Positions 40,000 to 50,990 of a DNA stretch of 64,000 nucleotides are shown piece after piece (the first letter of the stretch is position 1; every line of letters starts with the position of its first letter). Made by a program: the position numbers and the translations under genes. The notes under the pieces were generated by a model that worked only from the letters and a program-made list of their open reading frames with translations, had not been told where the DNA came from and searched no databases. Origin of the DNA: a virus; IMG/VR virus record IMGVR_UViG_3300028534_000013, positions 57,868 through 121,867 of that record. One strand, given 5' to 3'.

Positions 40000-42471
40000 T
40001 TAAAAGTATGTTACTTTAATGTTTTTTAAATATCCTGTAGCATAATCATACCAACATCTGGTATCTAAAACAATTTTTATTGTAGCCTTGTCGTTTATAT
40101 CGAGACTAACTTTACCCATATTTGAAACAGTCCAATAATTTGGTCCGGTTTTGTTGTATTTTAATTCATCATTTACGTATATATACAAATGTCCGCAGTA
40201 ATGAAGATAGACATCTGCCTCAAAAGTTTTGATTTTTTTAAACTCATAATGACACTCGCCTTTCAGTCTTCCACGATATGGAGGTCTGGCCGTTAATTTA
40301 ATCTCATCCTCACTATTCCAAACAGCGTATGAGTTGTGCTCCCACTTTTCATCATATAACTCTTTAGTTTCAGCAAAACTGGAGATTACCGGATAACTTC
40401 CGTAAAAAATGCCGTCATATTTAGGAGTTAATATTTTTTTATTTAAAAAAACATCTTTTAACCCATATTTAAGTGATAAATATTTAACCAGTTTCCCATC
40501 TTTAATTCTAGACATAAATTCGTATTTAGAAACAGAGCTCAAAATATGATTCCATACTTTACCTTTATGCTCAGGAAAATATAACCAAAATATTTCATCC
40601 AATGTCATATTTTCATAGTCTAAATTTTGGGTATCTATCGCCCAAGGTGCTACAGTTGTTTTGCTCACATCTGTTGATACAATTATTTTTTTATCAGAGT
40701 TTAGTCCTTGTAAAACGGTTTCTTTATCAACAACAGACATTTCATCAATATTGTTGTAATCTTTAACCGTATTTACCGCATTTGTTTTGCACAAAGTGCC
40801 GTATAAAACACTTTGTTTGTTTAAACATAAGTCTTTTTCGTCTATAAAATCAAGAACTTTGTTGTCACCGAATTTTTTAATATTCTGCCAAAAAAATTTA
40901 CTTTTAAATAAAGGTAACAATTCTTGTTTATAATTTTCGTATAAAAATTTCAATATATCATAAGAGAAAATATTTTTAAACTCTATATCTTCTATTACCA
41001 ATTGGTCAGATATGATGTTTATCAAATTCTTGGCAAACACATAAAAAGCTTCTCCAAAATGTGAATAATCATCGGAAAGATACCAAAATAAACGAATTAA
41101 TGCCCCTTTCCCATAATTAGCTGCGCTTATCATGCTTTCAGGACTTGTCCAATAATAATTGTAAGTTTCTCTAAAACCATAGCCTACAACTTTAAACGGT
41201 ATTGAATAAACCATACTTTCTAAATAATATGTTTTTAAACTGTCGTTTGAACGAATAGCCTCACAAGGGGCTTTACCGCTCCAAATATTTATCCCAGAAT
41301 TTTTTATATCTGGGCACATTTCTACACCAGAAAATAAGGTTGAAAACTTACCAACATTATTCACTTCATAATCTGTAACAGATGTCATTAAATATACTTT
41401 TTTACTGCTCATATTAAAACCGTAGCTATATCTAGCAATTCCCATATCGATAAAAACCCTGTGAGCCAACCCTCTGTCAGTAAAAAAACAAACAAGGCCG
41501 TCATCGTGTATAGCGCTTTTGATTTTGTTTGCAAGAGCCGTATTGGCAGGATAAGAATTTCTTGTCCCTACCCCTACAATAAACAAAAAATAAAAATCAG
41601 ATAATCCATGTGTATTTATATAATTTTCATCTATAAAAATAATTTTATCAGTATAAGCACCTGCAAAATCAATATTTTCAAAAACTTTTTTCATCGCTAA
41701 AGAACCTGCATCAGGGTTTTTTATATCTTTAACCAAAAAGCCTATTTTATTTTTATGGCTTTTTACACTGATTGTTCTCATAGGCCAATAGTTTTCTTCA
41801 TAAATATCGCCATCCGCATCATCCGAATGAAAAAAATATTTCGGGGGGATTACTTCAAAATTGCTGTCGCCAGGTTTTTTCCATAGTAATCTCCAGTTAT
41901 CTCCCCCAGTCATTTCTTCCTGTCTAAATTTGAACTTATAATATCCCGGTTTATCAAAATGAAATACTTTATGGTGGCTGGTGCATTTACACCATCCATG
42001 TCCGCCATACCACCCTACAATGTTTCCATTGCACGTAAAATCTACTGCATCGTCTCCATCTATAGCAATATCATAATCACCGGCTTTAGGTATATATAAA
42101 AATCCTTCAAAAATAGTCATATAATAATCGCTTGACCCAAAAGGGTTGTTACCAGAATCTTTTGTACAAATTATATTGGGAACTATTTTGGAGCTATATT
42201 TTTTAGATGAACATTTTTCTTCTAGTGAGTCTAGCCCGCTTTTGTTTGTAGGATGAGAGCTAATAAGTCCGTGGGTGTCGTATGTGCTCATTTTCACCCC
42301 AGGAATTAGGGCGACATCTGTATCGCTTAATTGTGGTTTCAAATTATACAGTGCGTCTAAAATCTGAGTTCTTATGTTTTTATCATTTAAAATCGAAACA
42401 ATTTCATCTTTACTTTTTTTATCAAGCGCCTTAAGCGCTGAAATAATTTTTACCGCTTTATAATTATGCAT
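40000..42471 (-). CDS. PA14-domain receptor-binding/adhesin protein
   Basis: FEGFLYIPKAGDYDIAIDGDDAVDF...YKFKFRQEEMTGG...LLWKKPG is PA14-like. Confidence 0.75.
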   Translation of the reverse strand: MHNYKAVKIISALKALDKKSKDEIVSILNDKNIRTQILDALYNLKPQLSDTDVALIPGVKMSTYDTHGLISSHPTNKSGLDSLEEKCSSKKYSSKIVPNIICTKDSGNNPFGSSDYYMTIFEGFLYIPKAGDYDIAIDGDDAVDFTCNGNIVGWYGGHGWCKCTSHHKVFHFDKPGYYKFKFRQEEMTGGDNWRLLWKKPGDSNFEVIPPKYFFHSDDADGDIYEENYWPMRTISVKSHKNKIGFLVKDIKNPDAGSLAMKKVFENIDFAGAYTDKIIFIDENYINTHGLSDFYFLFIVGVGTRNSYPANTALANKIKSAIHDDGLVCFFTDRGLAHRVFIDMGIARYSYGFNMSSKKVYLMTSVTDYEVNNVGKFSTLFSGVEMCPDIKNSGINIWSGKAPCEAIRSNDSLKTYYLESMVYSIPFKVVGYGFRETYNYYWTSPESMISAANYGKGALIRLFWYLSDDYSHFGEAFYVFAKNLINIISDQLVIEDIEFKNIFSYDILKFLYENYKQELLPLFKSKFFWQNIKKFGDNKVLDFIDEKDLCLNKQSVLYGTLCKTNAVNTVKDYNNIDEMSVVDKETVLQGLNSDKKIIVSTDVSKTTVAPWAIDTQNLDYENMTLDEIFWLYFPEHKGKVWNHILSSVSKYEFMSRIKDGKLVKYLSLKYGLKDVFLNKKILTPKYDGIFYGSYPVISSFAETKELYDEKWEHNSYAVWNSEDEIKLTARPPYRGRLKGECHYEFKKIKTFEADVYLHYCGHLYIYVNDELKYNKTGPNYWTVSNMGKVSLDINDKATIKIVLDTRCWYDYATGYLKNIKVTYF

Positions 42472-44872
42472 TGTTTTCTCCCTCTAAAACATATAACAAA
42501 TACACTTCTTCTTCTGATAACATTGTATTATATATTTTAAGGTTTTTCAATTTTCCATTATAATAAGACTCATAATCCCATACTCTGCTTCCACCTGCTC
42601 CGTGTTCAGCTCCAAGTATTGTGTAACGCTTGTTTGTTCCGGCCGCTTTATTAGCTGTTTCACCCTTATAAATACCGTCTATATAAAATTTAATGGTTTT
42701 GTTATCTCCTGTTATAATTACGTGATGCCATTGTTTAGAATCTACATTGTATGAGCCTCCATGTCCACCTTCATACCAACTGTTTGGCCTTACCGAAAAA
42801 CCTAATTTATTTACAGCCGCACTTATCATAATGTAATCAACATAATAGCCGGTTTCAAAAATTACACCGCTTGAGAAATCTTTAACCCATAAAGACACGG
42901 CAAAACTATTATTGTAAATATTTGTAGGAGTATTAAGAAAACAATAACCGTTCCCTTTAAACAGCAAGCTTCTTTCTGTAATTGAAACATTTGTAGGAGA
43001 AGCGGTATATCTGTTTTTAAACTCTTTAAAATCTTTTGTAAAAGGGAAAAATGCTATCTCTTTTTCTTTATTTATTACCCCTATTGAGGGATTATATATT
43101 TTTGAATAACTAACGTTTTTAATGTTTAAATCATTTGTTACAAATTCCTTATAATCAAGCATCCCGTTTCCGTAATTTGTTTCAATTAAGTTTTCAGATT
43201 TCCAAGTATATTTATTTGGAGACTCTTTAATTATAAATTTATATTTTTTAGCTACATCAACAAACAAAGCCAATTCAGAATCTTTAATGTCTTTATTTGT
43301 TAAAGATTTTAAATAGCCGTTTGCATCAAGATAAATGTAATCTTTTATTTTTTTGTCGTAACATACCGGTAAAATTTCTTTAAACGAAGCCACAATGGTT
43401 TTATTGTAACCGTTTACGTCATCGCCTTCCAGTGTAAAAACATTATCCATGTCTCTGGTGATAGTTTTTTTTGTATTGCCATCTGTTGTCCAATATGGAT
43501 GATGATGAAAACTAAATATGTTTAAAAATTTTAAATTATCACATACTTTGCAAGTGGAAAATATTTTTTTTGTAGGGAAAAAGTGCTTAGGGATAAAACT
43601 GCTTTCAATTTCATAAATGTTTTTATTTGAAACCCCTTCCACTTTTTTTAGATATTCTGTGCTTAAATTTAAGAATCCAAACAAAGATACTATATCCTCA
43701 TATGCCATATCTTCAATATATCCGGGCGTAAGCACATATTCGTAATATTTTTTATCGTTTCTGTTTAAAACAAAATCGGCAATTAATCTCAAGTTGTTTA
43801 TGTTGAAAATATCTCTTAATAATTCCTTGCCTGATTCATATTTTTCTATTGTTTTAAATAAATCTTTTGAGGCATCGGTTTTTAAAAAGTTTTTTAAATC
43901 AACAATATCGTCAGTAATAAATTCTAAATTATTTTCATAAAAAGCATATTGAAACAGCACGTGCTCATTATTGTTTGCAGCTTCTTCGATTAAATCTTTA
44001 TTTGTAGCAAAAAAATCATCTATTCCGTTATCTTTTAAACTTTTCCAAAATCCATACAATTTTAAAAAATCAACAGCTAAATCATTGTCAAGAAGCCAAT
44101 CCACAAACTCATTGGTTATAAAATGTTTATTTTTAACAAGAATCAAGCTTATATTGTTTAAACCGCTGTTTATCTCAATTTCAATTTCATTTTTCATTTT
44201 TATAATTGTTTCTTTTGTAAACCTTTTGTATTTGTCCAGATTTAAAAATAATACATAATCTTTGCCAACGTTTTTGTTAAATAATGCCACAATTTCATTC
44301 TGTTTCAATTTTCTATTAAAAATTAAAAACTCGTCAATTTCTCCTGTTAAAAAGCTATTAGGACTTCCTGATTGAGTATCATATCTAGCTCCTATCCCTA
44401 TTTTATTAGACGGATATCCCCATGGCCTATATGATGAACGGCTACCGGTCCATTTTAATTCTGTATCAATATACATTTCGGTTTCACCTGTTTTTTTATT
44501 GTAATACAAAACATAATGGTGAAATTCGTTTTTAGGAGGAGTGTAAACATTAATCCAGGTCCAATTGTTTCCTATCGCTATCTGTAAATAATTTCCATTA
44601 TGCTGGACTTCTATCAATTCTTGACCCAAATTAAACAAAATACCGCTAGCATGAATATTTGCCCAAAAAGAAATTGTTATTTCATTTCCCAATCCTATAT
44701 CAGACGCTTTGAAGCTAACTGAAGAAGAACCGTTGAAATGAGCAGCTTTTCCTACTACCCCATTAGTATAAGATTCGGTTCCATGCCAAGAAGGACGCAA
44801 GTCTTTAACTAACTCTATACCGCTTCCATCAAAAGGAACGTTAAAAACAGGTTTCAAATATCCATATTTCAT
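42464..44872 (-). CDS. Two-LamG (concanavalin A-like) domain adhesin
   Basis: N- and C-terminal modules: GKAAHFNG...TISFW...FHHYV...GEIDEFLIFNRKL and FAVSLW...WHHV...GKLKNLKIYNTMLS. Confidence 0.8.
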   Translation of the reverse strand: MKYGYLKPVFNVPFDGSGIELVKDLRPSWHGTESYTNGVVGKAAHFNGSSSVSFKASDIGLGNEITISFWANIHASGILFNLGQELIEVQHNGNYLQIAIGNNWTWINVYTPPKNEFHHYVLYYNKKTGETEMYIDTELKWTGSRSSYRPWGYPSNKIGIGARYDTQSGSPNSFLTGEIDEFLIFNRKLKQNEIVALFNKNVGKDYVLFLNLDKYKRFTKETIIKMKNEIEIEINSGLNNISLILVKNKHFITNEFVDWLLDNDLAVDFLKLYGFWKSLKDNGIDDFFATNKDLIEEAANNNEHVLFQYAFYENNLEFITDDIVDLKNFLKTDASKDLFKTIEKYESGKELLRDIFNINNLRLIADFVLNRNDKKYYEYVLTPGYIEDMAYEDIVSLFGFLNLSTEYLKKVEGVSNKNIYEIESSFIPKHFFPTKKIFSTCKVCDNLKFLNIFSFHHHPYWTTDGNTKKTITRDMDNVFTLEGDDVNGYNKTIVASFKEILPVCYDKKIKDYIYLDANGYLKSLTNKDIKDSELALFVDVAKKYKFIIKESPNKYTWKSENLIETNYGNGMLDYKEFVTNDLNIKNVSYSKIYNPSIGVINKEKEIAFFPFTKDFKEFKNRYTASPTNVSITERSLLFKGNGYCFLNTPTNIYNNSFAVSLWVKDFSSGVIFETGYYVDYIMISAAVNKLGFSVRPNSWYEGGHGGSYNVDSKQWHHVIITGDNKTIKFYIDGIYKGETANKAAGTNKRYTILGAEHGAGGSRVWDYESYYNGKLKNLKIYNTMLSEEEVYLLYVLEGENNA

Positions 44873-47388
44873 GACACTTCCTTATCTTCTTTATAAGGGA
44901 AGCCTAACAATCCGGCAGCGCCAATTATTTTTAAATTCTTAACATACCCGCAGTCATCTCCTCTTGTAACGCTTCCGTCTTTAGTGTATAAAAACTTAAT
45001 ATCTGCCGGGCCGTTTACTTCATAAGAATAATGGTTCCAGTTCGTGGTCCCGCTAATATACACTTTTTGTACGCCGTTTAAATAAAATCTCATATAATCA
45101 TAACGATATTCAGAGGAGACTTTCATGTCAAATTCAATAGTTTTAACAAAATCAAAATGAGCTGAGACTCCAGAGCTTTGTCTATCCCCGATGGACGGGT
45201 CGGTATGGAACGCACAGCATCCGTCCCAAATAGGCCTTTTATTACCTTCTGTTTTCCACTTTGAATCAAACGATTCTTTAGTTTCTGTATAAGAAATACT
45301 TGAACCTGAGCCTTTCCCAAAAGTGTATTTAACTATATTGCTTACCACCTTAGAAACCTCGGTTTTATTTCCTATTGCAACAATTATGCTGTTATCATCA
45401 TTAAGACCAAACTGATATAACAAATACAAATTTTTATCATCAGGTTGGATTTTACAATAATTTTCATCATCCACCTGTTCATCCACATTCACATATAACT
45501 TTTCAGCCCTGTATGAAACAAACCCTAGCAAAAGAGCTCCGGATACAGTTTCTGAAGGTTGACCATCAATCAAATCTTTCAAATAATTAACTTTTGTAAA
45601 ATCTTCATATAAATTGTTGCCTGCAATTATAAATTCATAAGGCATATAAGCAGTTTCAACTCCAACACCGGCATCTTCCAATATTGATAATATATTTTCG
45701 TTCACAATAATTGAATCATCCCTGTCGTTGTATATATCATCGCAAGGAAAAGATATATTATCTAGAAGATAAAACCCATTTCTTTTGTTTTTGCCATTCT
45801 CAATTTCAGCGGTAAAAGTGTTTCCGTTAAAAAACATCCCGTCTGGTTTTATATAAAAACACGGAACAGATTTTCCATTTGTAATTTTTTTATTAGATAG
45901 TGTGTATATTTCGTCAAGTATTTTTCCATTACTTTCTAAAACGGCATATGAGTAATCTTTCAATCCGTTTACCGGTTTTCTTTTTATAAAATTTGCATTA
46001 AGAATTTTAACTTGATTTTTATAAATTACTTTATCAAAAAGATATATACAGTCAACATCAAAAGTTAATGAATTTTTAAACCAGTGATTTCCTATATACA
46101 TAGTATTGTCATTCACGATAAAAATTGAAGATTTAACAATGGCAAACAAAATTATTTTATCGTTATAGTAGGCTTTTATGTAAGTATTGCTTGAGTCGCT
46201 ATTTATTACAAAAAATAAATTCTGAAATCCGTTTTCTTTTTTAAGTTGAACAGACTTAACTACCTGGTTGTTTGGAAGAGTAATATTCACAGTGTAATAA
46301 TTTTCATCTACAGTTTCTATTTCAGCTTTAAAAGTATCAGGTTTAATATTTACAGTTTTTTCTAAAGAAAATAAGCGCCCGTCATCAGCTTCCTTTATTC
46401 TCATCATTAACGATATTCCATTTGAGTTTACTTTTCCTAAGTTTAAAGCTGAGCTACCTTTTTTTAAAAATTTAAAATTATTATTTTCTTCAAAAATTAA
46501 ATCCGAATTGCTGCTTACGTTTTCACCGTTTATAGTATTTATTGTGTTTCCATTAAATTCAAGTAATATGATAGGTTTTATGTATAATGGGTTTAAGTTA
46601 TATTCTTCATTAAATTTAACTTCGATGTTTTCTTGTCTTTTAATTTCAACGTTTGCCACAGAGCATTCGGCCAAACGTTTTATTTCTTCTTCATAAACAA
46701 GTTGCTTTTGTTGAGGTAAATTGGTTATTCTATCTTTATATAACTTAAATACGTTTTCCTCTGAAAGATAATCAAATATATAGCAAAATTCATCTACTAT
46801 ACCGCAAAAATTAACTCCTCCTCCCGATTCTATTCCTATATAAATTTCATTTAAAGGCATTTCTTGTATAACCGATACATTAGAAGTTCCTTTTATTTTT
46901 GCTCCATTTACATACACATCAAAAACATTTCTATAAACATTGAAAGTGATTGTAAGATGATAAAATTTTCCAATTTCAAATATTTGTCTATCTGAAACAA
47001 AAACGTTTTTTTTGCCAGTATGTATTACAAGCTTATTATCTTCAGTTGTAGATATAGGCCTTATAGCTATTTTAGAATCATTAGAATTGCCTATAGTAAC
47101 AACGGCATAATTTCCATCATTGTAGCAATCTTGCTTAAACCAAAAAGCAACAGTTTGTTCCCCTTGTTGATGTGTATCGGTTCCTCCTGGTATTTTAATA
47201 TAGTTTTCACCGTTCAGTTTAACGCCTTGGCCTATTTTAGCATCACAATATAGTTCGTTTCCAACCCACTGTGCAGGCACGTTGTTTTTGGAAACATCTT
47301 TAATGTTGCCGTCAAAAGGAAAACGACAAACCACGTATCCATTATAAGAATCAAAAAAAGAAGAAGGTTTGTTTTCAGTAAATAACAT
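44869..47388 (-). CDS. LamG-domain adhesin with C-terminal beta-sandwich
   Basis: RFPFDGN...GQGVKLNG...TVAFWF...FYHL...GIVDEF; C-terminal EFDMKVSSEYRYDYMRFYLNG. Confidence 0.75.
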   Translation of the reverse strand: MLFTENKPSSFFDSYNGYVVCRFPFDGNIKDVSKNNVPAQWVGNELYCDAKIGQGVKLNGENYIKIPGGTDTHQQGEQTVAFWFKQDCYNDGNYAVVTIGNSNDSKIAIRPISTTEDNKLVIHTGKKNVFVSDRQIFEIGKFYHLTITFNVYRNVFDVYVNGAKIKGTSNVSVIQEMPLNEIYIGIESGGGVNFCGIVDEFCYIFDYLSEENVFKLYKDRITNLPQQKQLVYEEEIKRLAECSVANVEIKRQENIEVKFNEEYNLNPLYIKPIILLEFNGNTINTINGENVSSNSDLIFEENNNFKFLKKGSSALNLGKVNSNGISLMMRIKEADDGRLFSLEKTVNIKPDTFKAEIETVDENYYTVNITLPNNQVVKSVQLKKENGFQNLFFVINSDSSNTYIKAYYNDKIILFAIVKSSIFIVNDNTMYIGNHWFKNSLTFDVDCIYLFDKVIYKNQVKILNANFIKRKPVNGLKDYSYAVLESNGKILDEIYTLSNKKITNGKSVPCFYIKPDGMFFNGNTFTAEIENGKNKRNGFYLLDNISFPCDDIYNDRDDSIIVNENILSILEDAGVGVETAYMPYEFIIAGNNLYEDFTKVNYLKDLIDGQPSETVSGALLLGFVSYRAEKLYVNVDEQVDDENYCKIQPDDKNLYLLYQFGLNDDNSIIVAIGNKTEVSKVVSNIVKYTFGKGSGSSISYTETKESFDSKWKTEGNKRPIWDGCCAFHTDPSIGDRQSSGVSAHFDFVKTIEFDMKVSSEYRYDYMRFYLNGVQKVYISGTTNWNHYSYEVNGPADIKFLYTKDGSVTRGDDCGYVKNLKIIGAAGLLGFPYKEDKEVS

Positions 47389-47398
47389 TTTATTCCCC

Positions 47399-49600
47399 TT
47401 AATTGTTTAATAATTCTAATGCCAAGGCATAAGCTTTATCTGCTTTTGATATTACATTAAACACAGCATCGGATTCTTCTGAAACGGTAGATGACATTTC
47501 CACAGGTTCGGCAATTGATTTACCGGTTACAACCAACACTACGTCAAACGGCTGATTAGGTATTCTTCCATTTTCGTCGTTATACAGATAATCGTATTCA
47601 AAAGTGAGTTTCTCGGCTCCGTTTACTTTGCCCACTATAGGATTTCCGTCTTTATCTCTTACAATATATCCTTCTCCGTTCATATAGCTGTCTTTATACA
47701 TTAACGCATATGTGGCATCAGGGTCTGATTGTAATAATGCGTCAAACATAATAGTTATAGGTTTAAAATATACAGGGTAAGCAAATCTTGTATCATTTGT
47801 TGCTATTTTGATTTCAGTTAAAGTTAACGTTGTGTTATCGTCTAAATCAGACGCATCTATTTTTAAATAGAACTCAAAAGATTCTCCATCAATTATGCTG
47901 TTTACCGAAGTTAATTTTTCGGCGTTAAACAACATATAATCTGTTTCTGTATCAGCTGTTTTTACTTTAAATAAAAATCTTAAATCAGAATTGCTTCCCC
48001 CAATTTGAGGCTCCTGGTCTTTAAAAGTTATTCCTCTTAATGAGAAAGGAGCTTTATATTCAATAGCATCACCTTTTTTTAAATGTAAACCGGTTCCATA
48101 TTCGAATTTAGGGTCACCGTTTAATACTGTAGAGGTTTTATTTTTTGTGAGGTGTATTAACAGTTCGCCTTCTCCGTTGTCTTTATATATTTCAAATAGG
48201 GTTGTGTTTTCAGCTCCGTTATTGATAGTTACATCAGAGGCATATATACCTTTAACCTGTGTGTTTTTTGAATATATGGAATATTCTCTAGGTGCATCTG
48301 ATACAAAATTTTGGACAAGCAAATCATCACTCATATTGTCCATTTTTACAGTTGCGCTGCTTCTACAGCCCTTAAACCTAGCGTTTACAAATTTACAGCT
48401 ATAAGCAACATCACATCTAACAACATAATTAGCATAATCGTCATCAGCCTCCATTGAAAGCATATCGATTTTAGATGAGTTAAGAACTCTTAAAAATGAA
48501 TCGTAAGAACCCCCTCCCGCAGGGATTTTAATTTTATCAAGCCTAACATGTGAACATCCCTCAAGAAAAACATTTGGCTGTGAATTGCTTGACGAGTTTT
48601 GTAAGTTTACGGTATTGGAAGAGTTTACTATTCCTATTTCTGTGTTGTTAATGTTGTTTAGTTTAAGAGCTCCTCCGACATTGTTTATATTGTCTGTTAC
48701 AAGATTCTGTACCGTGTCAAACATTACGGCATAATCAGTTCCGGAGTCTCTTTTAATTAAATATCCAAAAATATTTTTAGCAATAACATTATTGCAGTAA
48801 GATAAAGCAAATCCATAACTTTTAACGCTTTGAGAAACCAAATTGTCTATTTCCATATCATTACTGTATCTTATGCTGATACCGCTTGAATAAGTACTGT
48901 CGCATGCAAATATTGAATTTTTAACGTTTACATTACTACAATAGTTCATGTATGTAGGCTTTTTAACGGTTACATAATTCATCTTTAAATACGTTAAATC
49001 CGAAAGGTTCATACTAACATTAGACATAGCCACATTGTTTAACGAAATAAAACCGCCCAGTCCAGTATAAAATCTCACACTAGAAGAATTATTGTCTCCG
49101 TCTGTAGTTGACATAATGATGTTAGGAACGAAAATTTTACATCCGTTTGCGGGAACTAAACCTCCGTCGGCAGTATCTGTAAATTTAATTTTTCCGTCTT
49201 CTACCCTAAATACTCTTCCCGTCAATTCATTTGCTGCAAAATCTGTAAACTGATAATCCACAGCCCCTGCATTGATACATCTCCATAACTCATATTCGCC
49301 GCTATCAGGAGCAGTTTCAACAAACACCCCTCCAAGAGTATGGTCTGGAAAAGGCAGGTCTATTTCTTGACCGAGACTTCCATCAGAAGTTCCAATAGCA
49401 ACAAGTTTACCGCTAATATTTAATTTCCCCAAAGAGTATACTTTGATATAAATTTTATCAAATTGTAAGAGTTTAATTTCGTCAGTATTGTTTGCAACGT
49501 TAAAAGAACCGTCCTGTATTTCCAGCTTAGTTATTAAATCAGGCCAATTATCAGGAGTTATGCTTACCACATCCCCGTTGGTAATAGTAAAATCTGCCAT
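47399..49600 (-). CDS. Right-handed beta-helix (pectin-lyase-like) tail spike/fibre
   Basis: Repeating Asn/Val/Cys-rich coils (YCSNVNVKNS, YCNNVIAKNI, GCSHVRLDKI). Confidence 0.7.
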   Translation of the reverse strand: MADFTITNGDVVSITPDNWPDLITKLEIQDGSFNVANNTDEIKLLQFDKIYIKVYSLGKLNISGKLVAIGTSDGSLGQEIDLPFPDHTLGGVFVETAPDSGEYELWRCINAGAVDYQFTDFAANELTGRVFRVEDGKIKFTDTADGGLVPANGCKIFVPNIIMSTTDGDNNSSSVRFYTGLGGFISLNNVAMSNVSMNLSDLTYLKMNYVTVKKPTYMNYCSNVNVKNSIFACDSTYSSGISIRYSNDMEIDNLVSQSVKSYGFALSYCNNVIAKNIFGYLIKRDSGTDYAVMFDTVQNLVTDNINNVGGALKLNNINNTEIGIVNSSNTVNLQNSSSNSQPNVFLEGCSHVRLDKIKIPAGGGSYDSFLRVLNSSKIDMLSMEADDDYANYVVRCDVAYSCKFVNARFKGCRSSATVKMDNMSDDLLVQNFVSDAPREYSIYSKNTQVKGIYASDVTINNGAENTTLFEIYKDNGEGELLIHLTKNKTSTVLNGDPKFEYGTGLHLKKGDAIEYKAPFSLRGITFKDQEPQIGGSNSDLRFLFKVKTADTETDYMLFNAEKLTSVNSIIDGESFEFYLKIDASDLDDNTTLTLTEIKIATNDTRFAYPVYFKPITIMFDALLQSDPDATYALMYKDSYMNGEGYIVRDKDGNPIVGKVNGAEKLTFEYDYLYNDENGRIPNQPFDVVLVVTGKSIAEPVEMSSTVSEESDAVFNVISKADKAYALALELLNN

Positions 49601-49626
49601 ATCAATCCTTTAATCATTTTTTACAA

Positions 49627-49635
49627 ATTGTATCA
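49627..49635 (-). promoter_or_regulatory. Extended -10 promoter TGATACAAT driving the fibre operon
   Basis: The same 9-mer occurs at 51311-51319 and 54435-54443; followed by an AAAGGA RBS. Confidence 0.65.
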
Positions 49636-49657
49636 TATTTGAATAACATACACAATT

Positions 49658-50623
49658 TTAAGAAGTGTACTTCCCTAATAAATACGATATTGAAGCCGAT
49701 AAGTTTCTTTTTTGAATGAAATAGTTTTCATCAATATAAGTATCCTCAACCGCTCCGTTTGCAAAGAAATTATCCAATGAGTTTTTAAGAATGTTATAAT
49801 CTTGCTCCACAGGCATTTCCATTACAATAGAATCGTTTAATTTTTTGTAATCAGAGTTTAAAATATCCCCGATTAAAACCATGTTATGTTTTGCTGTTTC
49901 TGGAATTTTAACTTTTTTATCTAAAACACCGTCCAAAGCTAAATAAGATTCCTGTAATTCATCTAGATTTACCTGACCGTAAGGAAAAGACGAGTCTTTA
50001 CTTACTACTAAAACACTTTCCTCAGCTTTTATGTTATCAATTGATATTTTGTTTTTGTTGCCGGATATAGTTATTGTGTTCAATTTTAACAAAAGAGTCC
50101 AAGACGACAAATCATCAATCACAATAGGCTCTGATTTTAAATAAAAATAATCCGATAGTATAGAGTACGGCGCAACAAAAGTACGCTCATTTTTATCGCT
50201 ATCAGTGAAAACAACACTATCATCGTACAACAACTGGGAAGCTTTAATTTTTGAGCTATTTAAAATACTCTCATCATCCAAAAGCTCTTTAAACATTAGG
50301 GAGTTGTTTTTATTAACAGGTGTTTTTAGCTTTATGTAATACATAGAGGAAAAAACATTGTTGGCCGGAATAAAATATTTACTCCAGAATTCCAGACTTA
50401 AATCTTGAAATATTTTATCAGTAGGTATATTAGAAGCATTTACTTCAAAACAGGTTATTTCGGTTCCGCTTGGCGGGAACATAGTAACCGTTTCCACATA
50501 GTCATATTCTTTTAAATAGTTCAACACCATTTCTACGTTATTTTTTGTGTTTTGAATCATCCCTGACGCATATTTTAACGCATCAGCTAAACTGTCTATC
50601 GTAACAGCCATAACTATCCTCAC
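49658..50623 (-). CDS. Hypothetical protein
   Basis: 321 aa; true start is probably the ATG at 50611 after GAGGA. Confidence 0.7.
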   Translation of the reverse strand: MRIVMAVTIDSLADALKYASGMIQNTKNNVEMVLNYLKEYDYVETVTMFPPSGTEITCFEVNASNIPTDKIFQDLSLEFWSKYFIPANNVFSSMYYIKLKTPVNKNNSLMFKELLDDESILNSSKIKASQLLYDDSVVFTDSDKNERTFVAPYSILSDYFYLKSEPIVIDDLSSWTLLLKLNTITISGNKNKISIDNIKAEESVLVVSKDSSFPYGQVNLDELQESYLALDGVLDKKVKIPETAKHNMVLIGDILNSDYKKLNDSIVMEMPVEQDYNILKNSLDNFFANGAVEDTYIDENYFIQKRNLSASISYLLGKYTS

Positions 50624-50697
50624 ATATCAGGCCAACCGAAAGGCGGCCACTCTATTTTATCTATTGGTTTTGGTCCAACGTCACCTTTTAAAATCAT
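50620..50697 (-). CDS. 25-aa micro-ORF MILKGDVGPKPIDKIEWPPFGWPDM
   Basis: AAAAGGA RBS; fills the gap between two genes; stop overlaps the next start. Confidence 0.45.
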   Translation of the reverse strand: MILKGDVGPKPIDKIEWPPFGWPDM

Positions 50698-50708
50698 AGC
50701 TTATCCTT

Positions 50709-50981
50709 TTATAATGGTTTAATTACGTCTTTGATAGCATCTACGTATAAATCCACCTCTTGTATAAATTGAGGGTTCTTTTTTTCTTCACGAACTTCTC
50801 TTATAGCTTTGTTTAGTGCCCTTACCGAGAGACCCGCATCCTTGACGTTTTTTACAATCTCTTTTCTTTCGCTTTTCAAAGCGTCTATTCTTTCATCTAT
50901 TAATTGAATTTGGTTTGCTGCTTGAGACAATATTTCTTTTGCTTCCGCCTCAGATATTACTTTTTGTGTTTTTTTTGCCAT
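50709..50981 (-). CDS. GapR/DUF2312-like (T4 DsbA-like) DNA-binding protein
   Basis: IQLIDERIDALKSERKEIVKNVKDAGLSVRALNKAIR pattern. Confidence 0.7.
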   Translation of the reverse strand: MAKKTQKVISEAEAKEILSQAANQIQLIDERIDALKSERKEIVKNVKDAGLSVRALNKAIREVREEKKNPQFIQEVDLYVDAIKDVIKPL

Positions 50982-50990
50982 ACATACTCC

